From Solirubrobacterales bacterium (lineage in GTDB: Bacteria > Actinomycetota > Thermoleophilia > Solirubrobacterales > 70-9), in the NCBI GenBank assembly GCA_036280195.1, contig DASURF010000022.1, positions 3,161 to 67,160 on the forward strand: a stretch of 64,000 bases of DNA, read 5' to 3'. Both the position numbers and the translations under genes were made by a program. The notes below the pieces were generated by a model, which saw only the letters and a list, made by a program, of their open reading frames with translations, made no database searches and had not been told where the DNA came from. Below are positions 58,245-64,000 of the stretch, in pieces (position 1 is the stretch's first letter; each line of letters begins with the position of its first letter).

Positions 58245-58784
58245 ATGGGCAAGGGGTACTTCGCCATCCAGGCAATCGGCAAAGACAAACCCGGTTTGGT
58301 CGCGAAGATCACGGGAGTGGTCTGCGAAAGGTTTGGCTGCAACATCGAGGGGTCGGCGATGACGATCGTCGGTGGCCATTTCGCCTCGACGCTAATTGCT
58401 TCGGCCCTCGAAGAGATCAACGAGGCCAACCTGCGGGAGGCCTTGGCCGCAGAGCTCGAGCTCGGCCTCCATGTCAGTCCAATCGCTGAGGCCGACGTTG
58501 GTCGCTCCTGGCGCGAAGCCTCGCATGAGGTGACGGTCGAGACCGTGGAGCGCCATGGGCTGGTCCTCGAAATCTCCCGCGTCCTCTTCGACCATGGGAT
58601 GAACATCAACTATCTCGGCAGCTCCTGCAACTCCGGCCGGAACTCCTGCACGGTCGTGATCACCACCGCTCTCCCCGGAAGCATGCGTGCGAAGGAACTC
58701 GAGTGGCTCCTCGAAAAAACCCTCCCCGGGGACGTCTTCGTCGATGTCAAACCAGTTCAGGCTGGCTCTTCTGAAGCTCCATAG
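58245..58784 (+). CDS. tandem ACT-domain protein (GcvR-like)
   Basis: There are two units of type G.D.PGlva.i......g.Ni: AIGKDKPGLVAKITGVVCERFGCNI and VETVERHGLVLEISRVLFDHGMNI. Confidence 0.7.
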   Translation: MGKGYFAIQAIGKDKPGLVAKITGVVCERFGCNIEGSAMTIVGGHFASTLIASALEEINEANLREALAAELELGLHVSPIAEADVGRSWREASHEVTVETVERHGLVLEISRVLFDHGMNINYLGSSCNSGRNSCTVVITTALPGSMRAKELEWLLEKTLPGDVFVDVKPVQAGSSEAP

Positions 58785-61081
58785 CCGACCGGGACCTCGC
58801 GCAGGCGACGCACCGCGGCATTGATCAGGGTCGCACCCTCGCCGCTCTCCGCGCTGATTCGTTGATCGATCAGGGTCGCGAATTCGGAGACCGCCGCCTG
58901 CAGCTGATCGGTGCCAGCGGCAGGCCTGTCCAGCCTCCACATACCGAACTCCGCCCATCCCTCCTCACGCTCGCGCAGTGCCCCGCAAACAGGTTCGTCC
59001 CAATGTTCGGGAACTTCTTCGATCGCGACATCGTCGGGAAAGAGGTTGGCGAGCTCTACTGCTTCCTCGGTGACCTGGCGCGGTGAGAACTCAACGCCGC
59101 TATCGGGCTCGAACAGCTCCCCGCCCCCCGCTAGGCGCGCCGCGTGCAGGATCTGCTCCGCCCAGCGCCAAGTCGGGACGAACTTTGCCCGCGCTTCGGC
59201 GGGTGGCGCCTTGACCGCGGCGCCCGTTCGGATTCGATTTTCCAGCGTGGCGAAGCGGCCGTTGCGCGAATCGAGCAGAGCCCCGATCCGAATCGCCGCG
59301 TAGATCGTCTCCGGATACTGCGTCGCCTGGTGGAGAAAGAGCTCCTCGCAGAGCGCCTTCATCGCTCCCAGCGGGTCGGCGACTGCGCCGGCGCGGCGCG
59401 AGGAGATGTGGACGACGCGGGGCACGCCGGTCTCCCCCGCGGCCCGCACGGTTTCCCTGGCGGCTCCCGCCTCGTTGACGAAGAGGCTCTTCCAACCGAA
59501 TGGATCGATGTAGAGACGACGCGGCTCGAAGGCTTCCGGCGAACCGTTGCCAGTGGCATTGAAGACAACATATGGAGAGCAACTCTCGAAGACTCCAGTC
59601 AGGAACCCTGATTCGCTGGCGTTCCCGAGCCGGACCTCGATCGCTTCGAAGTCACGAAAATCGCACAACTCGGTTTCGATCTTTCTCAGTGCGCTTTCGC
59701 GCTGGTCAACGACGACCAGGCGACGCACCTCCGCATCGACGAGGCGCCGGCAGAGCTCGGCGCCGATCGCGCCGGCTCCGATCACGACCACCGTCTTGAA
59801 CTGAAGCCAGCCGGTCGCGAGCAGATCGAGGGCTCGGCGCTCCTCGCCAAGCGTCTCCTCAATCCGCACCGGCCGCAGCTGCGTCATCAGACTCCTGCGA
59901 TTCTCATTGCGAGTCCAGCCAATGCCCAGCTCGTGCATTCCCGGGAGGTTGAGAAGCGGCGTCTCGGCCTCGCGGCAGGCGAGGACGACCTTACGCCGTC
60001 GGGCCCCCGAGAGCGTCGGGATTGCCAGCAGCACTTCATCCGGCTTGATGTCACCCAGCAAGCCGGTGAGGTCCTCGATCCGCCCGAGAATCGGATCGTT
60101 AGCCGCGCCGGGAACCTCGGCAACCCCGTCGTCGACGAAGCCGCAGACGAAATAGCGCTCCGGATCGAGCGACTCGCGCAGGTAGGAACCACCGGACCCG
60201 GCGCCCACGATGATCACCCGCCGCACCGAGTCGTCCAACCGGGCGAAGGCGCCACGCTGGACCTTCATCTGTAGCTGCCAAGGGCGCCGCAGCGGTTTCC
60301 TCGTCCGCACCATCGCCTCGTAGCGGTCCATCGTCGCCAGCTCATCGCCCGCCTGCTCGGTCAGGTCCTTGGCGCAATCGGCTGCCAGCACCTTGCGCAG
60401 GTACCGCCGGGATTCGGTGAACTGGTTGCAATCTTTGAGGTGCCGGGCGAGGCCCAGCGCGCTTTCCGAGAAGAGGCGGGGGTCACGCGTTCCCATCGCA
60501 TAGTGGAACAACTTCTCGACGCGCTCACCCACCAGGTGGACGCTGCCCAGCTGCAGCGCCATCCGGAGGGCGGCGTACGGGGAAACCTCTTCGTCATGCA
60601 TTTCGACCACTCGACGCCAGCGCTCATAGGCCTCCTGTGGCGCCTCCTCGACTCGCAGGTCGGCGAGGCGGTACTCGGCGATCGCGACGATGTGGCGCTC
60701 GGCCGCACTAGCTGAGCGGTTCGGGTCGATATCCCTGACCAGCACGGCGTAGGCGCGCCGTGCGCGGTCGTACCTCCCGATCTGCTGCCAGGCCCGGGCC
60801 AACTGCAACTGCACTTCCAGATACTGGGACTGCGGCTTTCCAAACTCTTCGGGACGGTGGTCCTCGGTTGCGCTGGCTGCGTCAAGCAGGGCTCGCTCAG
60901 CCCACTCGTTGGCGCCGATCTGCTGGTACAGGAGGGCAATCTGAATCCAGCCCTCGGAGGTTGCGTACGGGTGGCCGAGACTCTGGATCTCGTCCATCGT
61001 CCGAAGTGCCTCCTCCTGTTCGCAACTAGCCACGTGGTCGCGGAGCCTGCTCAAGGCATCTTTGGTCAGATTGCGGTTCAT
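58757..61081 (-). CDS. TPR-like N-terminal domain fused to a CapD/PglF-like nucleotide-sugar dehydratase scaffold with degenerate catalytic motifs
   Basis: The CoA_binding_3-like block (RVIIVGAGSGGSY...GFVDD...ILG...DEVLLAIP) and the Polysacc_synt_2-like block (IEETLGEE...VVVIGAGAIGAELCRRL...VVHISSRRAG...GAMKALCE) are both present. The first ~270 aa are helical-repeat rather than TM. Confidence 0.75.
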   Translation of the reverse strand: MNRNLTKDALSRLRDHVASCEQEEALRTMDEIQSLGHPYATSEGWIQIALLYQQIGANEWAERALLDAASATEDHRPEEFGKPQSQYLEVQLQLARAWQQIGRYDRARRAYAVLVRDIDPNRSASAAERHIVAIAEYRLADLRVEEAPQEAYERWRRVVEMHDEEVSPYAALRMALQLGSVHLVGERVEKLFHYAMGTRDPRLFSESALGLARHLKDCNQFTESRRYLRKVLAADCAKDLTEQAGDELATMDRYEAMVRTRKPLRRPWQLQMKVQRGAFARLDDSVRRVIIVGAGSGGSYLRESLDPERYFVCGFVDDGVAEVPGAANDPILGRIEDLTGLLGDIKPDEVLLAIPTLSGARRRKVVLACREAETPLLNLPGMHELGIGWTRNENRRSLMTQLRPVRIEETLGEERRALDLLATGWLQFKTVVVIGAGAIGAELCRRLVDAEVRRLVVVDQRESALRKIETELCDFRDFEAIEVRLGNASESGFLTGVFESCSPYVVFNATGNGSPEAFEPRRLYIDPFGWKSLFVNEAGAARETVRAAGETGVPRVVHISSRRAGAVADPLGAMKALCEELFLHQATQYPETIYAAIRIGALLDSRNGRFATLENRIRTGAAVKAPPAEARAKFVPTWRWAEQILHAARLAGGGELFEPDSGVEFSPRQVTEEAVELANLFPDDVAIEEVPEHWDEPVCGALREREEGWAEFGMWRLDRPAAGTDQLQAAVSEFATLIDQRISAESGEGATLINAAVRRLREVPVGYGASEEPA

Positions 61082-61102
61082 CGTGACAAGTGAAGCAGCG
61101 CG

Positions 61103-62062
61103 TCAGGCCATTACCGGATCTTTTCCTAAATCCGGGTCGAGGTAGAGGGCGCGGTCGACAACCCTCACTGCTTGGCAATACGGCTCCGCGTGAGAGTGAT
61201 GGAACTCATGGAGTCGTAAACGTTCACCAGGGGTAGCGGCCGCGTATGTCGAGGCCTGCCGGGCAAGCTGCTCCGCGCCCCTCATCAGCTCGGCCGGCGG
61301 CACTGCCGACCGCTGCGCGCCATGGGCGAGGAAGTACTCCGGTGCCTCCTCGGCAGGGAACCGGAAAAGGTGCTCCTCTAGGACCCCAGAACCGCCGCTG
61401 TGACAGCTCTGCAGGTCCTTGATCCGGATGAAGGTCGGCTTCTTCGGGTCGGCCCCGCCGCGGTGCCTCGCGAAGAGGGTCTCCGCCGAGTCCTCATTTA
61501 AGAGATCGAGTGGGTCCTCGGGCTCCCAGACAGGGCAAAAGCGATCGTGCCCGTTTACCCTCATCGCGTAGGGAACGCTGGCCAGCAGGAGGCGGCGTCG
61601 TTCCCTCTCGGTGGCCAGCTCCGGCTCAAGGGATATCAGCGGAACACCAGCGACATCGACCTCCCGTTCGTCCAGCACCGCCGCGCAATCTGCCAGTGCC
61701 TCGCCCGCGAGACTGGACCATGACTCGCAATTCTGGTCATCCCTGCGCCCGATCGATATCAAGGGGCAATGGTCCACGTCCTGCGCAAAGACGCTGACGG
61801 TACGGAGGCTGGAGCCGCGTTCGTCAACCCCGCCAGGGTTGACGCTGGTACCGTCGATGATGATCGCCGAGACCGCGACAATCGTGCTGACCGCCTGGTC
61901 CTGCAGGTTCGAGGTATCCCGGTTTTCGAGCAGTCTGAACTGCCATCGGTCGGACCTCCCGGCCGGGATCGGCATGTCGGTAAGCCGAAATAAGCCAGCG
62001 GCTGCTCCGAAGAAGCCCTGTCCGAAGTCCAAGCTCTCGTCGTCTGAGATAGGCGGTGGCAT
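61103..62062 (-). CDS. hypothetical protein (first gene of the 62062-58757 operon)
   Basis: 319-aa ORF, 21 nt upstream of the TPR-CapD-like gene. The only string of note is HEFHH near the C-terminus. Confidence 0.6.
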   Translation of the reverse strand: MPPPISDDESLDFGQGFFGAAAGLFRLTDMPIPAGRSDRWQFRLLENRDTSNLQDQAVSTIVAVSAIIIDGTSVNPGGVDERGSSLRTVSVFAQDVDHCPLISIGRRDDQNCESWSSLAGEALADCAAVLDEREVDVAGVPLISLEPELATERERRRLLLASVPYAMRVNGHDRFCPVWEPEDPLDLLNEDSAETLFARHRGGADPKKPTFIRIKDLQSCHSGGSGVLEEHLFRFPAEEAPEYFLAHGAQRSAVPPAELMRGAEQLARQASTYAAATPGERLRLHEFHHSHAEPYCQAVRVVDRALYLDPDLGKDPVMA

Positions 62063-62206
62063 CGTCTCTATTCCCGCCGGTAGTCAACACGAGACCTTGC
62101 AGACATCCGCCATTTTTCCCACGCCCCGAAACTCGTCCGGGTGGTCGCGATCCCGGATTGGGGAATTCACACAGCGTGCCTGGAAGCTGTCGCTACCTTC
62201 GAATCC

Positions 62207-63175
62207 ATGGGAACGGAGGAGACAGGAGGAAGCAAGGTCAGCGCCAACACCGAGGGCCCCCAGAGTCCGCGGTGGAAGCCGCCAATGGGCAGCGGGACGG
62301 CGCTCGGCTCGCTGTTCACGCTGGCCGCGGTAACGATCAGCGTGATCTACCGCGGGTCGCTGCTCGGCACCGATGCGCTTACCGGCATCACCCATTGGCT
62401 CTTTCTCGGATTGGCGATCGGGTGGGTCACCCGCACGATGATCCACGCCATGATCGGCTACTTCCGCCGCACCGAGGTGGAGGGCGCGGGGCCGTACGTG
62501 CTGCCGCTGGTCAGCACCGTCAACGCCCTTTTTGCGATCGCCTGGCTCTGCGCCGCGATCTTCGTCGTCACTGAAACGAGCGGCCCGGCAACGATGGCGC
62601 TGGTGATGGCGATCGCCTGCCTGGTCTCATTCGTGCTAGCCCTCGTCACCCATTGGGCTGCCCAGAAGGCAAAACGCCCGCGCGCCAGCGAGAAGGTCCG
62701 TGCGAAGCTTCGCGATCCGCTCGACCCCGGCTACAGCACGCCCCTCGGCTGGCTTTTGGTCAAATCAATCGACCTGCGGTCTCCGCCGCACTTGCTCAGC
62801 ACCTACGTCGCCGGCAGCCTCGCCGTCCTCCTCCTCGGCCTCGTGTTAACCGCTTCGGCGGCTATCTCGGAAAGCGCTCCCGGCGAGTCGCGGCCCGGGA
62901 TCGGAAAGAGCAAAGCGACTGCGCCCAAGGGATCTCAGTTGAGCGGCCCGATCGTCGCCGAGGCTTCCCCGCAGGGGCGCGCCCCGACCCCGGCTGGCCT
63001 GCGCGTGGGCGGGACGAAGAAGGCAATGGACCTCTTCTGTTTCCCGATCAACCTAAGCGCCCCGGTGCCGCCCAGCCAGCATCCGGCTTCGCCAGTCACC
63101 TTCTTCTGCATTATCGTCGTCGACGATCAACTCACTAACCGGTTCCTGATCCTCGCCCCGGCGTCGCTGCCCTGA
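62207..63175 (+). CDS. hypothetical membrane protein with a Pro/Ser/Gly-rich tail
   Basis: 4-5 TM helices (LFTLAAVTISVIY, WLFLGLAIGWV, ALFAIAWLCAAIFVV, MALVMAIACLVSFVLALV, LAVLLLGLVLTA). The start is uncertain (62141, 62207 or 62285). Confidence 0.55.
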   Translation: MGTEETGGSKVSANTEGPQSPRWKPPMGSGTALGSLFTLAAVTISVIYRGSLLGTDALTGITHWLFLGLAIGWVTRTMIHAMIGYFRRTEVEGAGPYVLPLVSTVNALFAIAWLCAAIFVVTETSGPATMALVMAIACLVSFVLALVTHWAAQKAKRPRASEKVRAKLRDPLDPGYSTPLGWLLVKSIDLRSPPHLLSTYVAGSLAVLLLGLVLTASAAISESAPGESRPGIGKSKATAPKGSQLSGPIVAEASPQGRAPTPAGLRVGGTKKAMDLFCFPINLSAPVPPSQHPASPVTFFCIIVVDDQLTNRFLILAPASLP

Positions 63176-63381
63176 GGCACGCACGCCCTCCCTGCAGTTT
63201 CGCGATGACCGAGGCAGCCGCGAAGGTAGCGCGACAGCGCCGGTGCCTCCTGTGCAGGTGAACCAATAGAGCTCCGCACAAGGAGGTCTCTCGGGACCCA
63301 CCTTGCCCCAGAGGACTTTTGCTGAGTTCTAGGCACTCATAAAGATCCGCAAAACCCGCTTCACAAGCGAGAGCACGTCAA

Positions 63382-63455
<74 letters not shown>

Positions 63456-63513
63456 AAGATCGGGGGTGGCTCCCCGGAGGGGCGATTCTACGGGCTTTGG
63501 GGCTCGGGGCGCC

Positions 63514-63996
63514 TCAGGCGGGCTTGTCTTTGAGACGAACGTGCCAGTGGACGGTGGCGGTGGCGACGCGGTTGCCGTCCTTGTCGTGGAGCTCTACTTC
63601 GCAGGGGAACTCGACCTTGCCCTCGGCGTCGAGGGTGGCGATCGCTTCGGCAGCGTCGATGCCGAGCTTGGCGGTCGCGGTGATCGGGCCGTGGGCGATC
63701 TTTTCGAAGTCGATCTCGGCCGACTTGGCGAGCGGGACGACGTCGCCCATGCGGACCGCGAAGGCGCCGACGAAGGCCGCCCCCGACGCGGTCTCGGCGA
63801 CGGTGAAGAGCGCCCCGGCGTGCTGGGAGCCGACGTGGTTGTTGAGCTCGGCTTTGCGCGGCAGGACGACGGTCGCCTCCCCCGCACCCACCTCGGTGAT
63901 GTCCAGCCCGAGGTAGCCCGCGAAGGGCACGGCCATCGACAGCCCTTTGGCGATCGCGTCGAAGTCGACGTTCGGCATTCCGGGAACTCCTGGCAT
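63514..63996 (-). CDS. PaaI-family (hotdog-fold) thioesterase
   Basis: 160 aa. The pattern N..G..HGGalft.aE.a.G.a is seen as [22 protein letters not shown]. Confidence 0.8.
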   Translation of the reverse strand: MPGVPGMPNVDFDAIAKGLSMAVPFAGYLGLDITEVGAGEATVVLPRKAELNNHVGSQHAGALFTVAETASGAAFVGAFAVRMGDVVPLAKSAEIDFEKIAHGPITATAKLGIDAAEAIATLDAEGKVEFPCEVELHDKDGNRVATATVHWHVRLKDKPA

Positions 63997-64000
63997 TCGC

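Overview
High-GC (by eye about 70% G+C) actinobacterial-type chromosomal segment, densely packed with housekeeping genes. The best-supported genes form a pentose-phosphate/central-carbon set: tkt-tal-pgi runs straight into cydAB on the minus strand, with rpiA, pgl, gnd and zwf nearby. Other confident calls are ahcY, tadA, recQ, an efeB/efeO iron-uptake pair, a fatty-acid desaturase divergent from a cfa-type methyltransferase, a PknD-like Ser/Thr kinase with a beta-propeller, a TolB-like protein, an FHA-HTH protein, a BcsA-like GT2 glycosyltransferase with a C-terminal PilZ domain, an orphan 2-oxoacid dehydrogenase E2, a P450, an MFS pump and three tRNAs (Ser-CGA, Ser-GGA, Arg-ACG). Many long ORFs in the track are antisense artefacts of the high GC content and are not reported as genes.

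Six things stand out:
1. A ~95-nt imperfect-palindrome repeat family has three copies in the window. The copies carry fully compensatory stem substitutions. Two lie in intercistronic leaders and one lies in frame inside the E2 acyltransferase linker, which recalls the Rickettsia RPE elements.
2. A lower-GC ~8-kb block abuts the 3' end of tRNA-Arg. It contains a split, miniaturised copper-amine-oxidase-like gene pair with an altered TPQ motif. It also contains an operon encoding an unknown 319-aa protein plus a TPR-fused, catalytically degenerate CapD/PglF-like protein.
3. A single-gene low-GC insertion sits between the kinase/TolB genes and the FHA gene. It is followed by twin hairpins built from the same 13-mer.
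4. A tightly coupled two-gene module ends in a minimal nucleotidyltransferase-fold protein and may be a toxin-antitoxin or defence pair.
5. A DUF4160/DUF2442 pair is present in decayed form.
6. A structured 270-nt convergent spacer contains a perfect 12-nt Shine-Dalgarno sequence sequestered in a hairpin.

All calls come from reading the sequence and from motif memory. No searches were run, and repeat and hairpin coordinates are good to about 3 nt.
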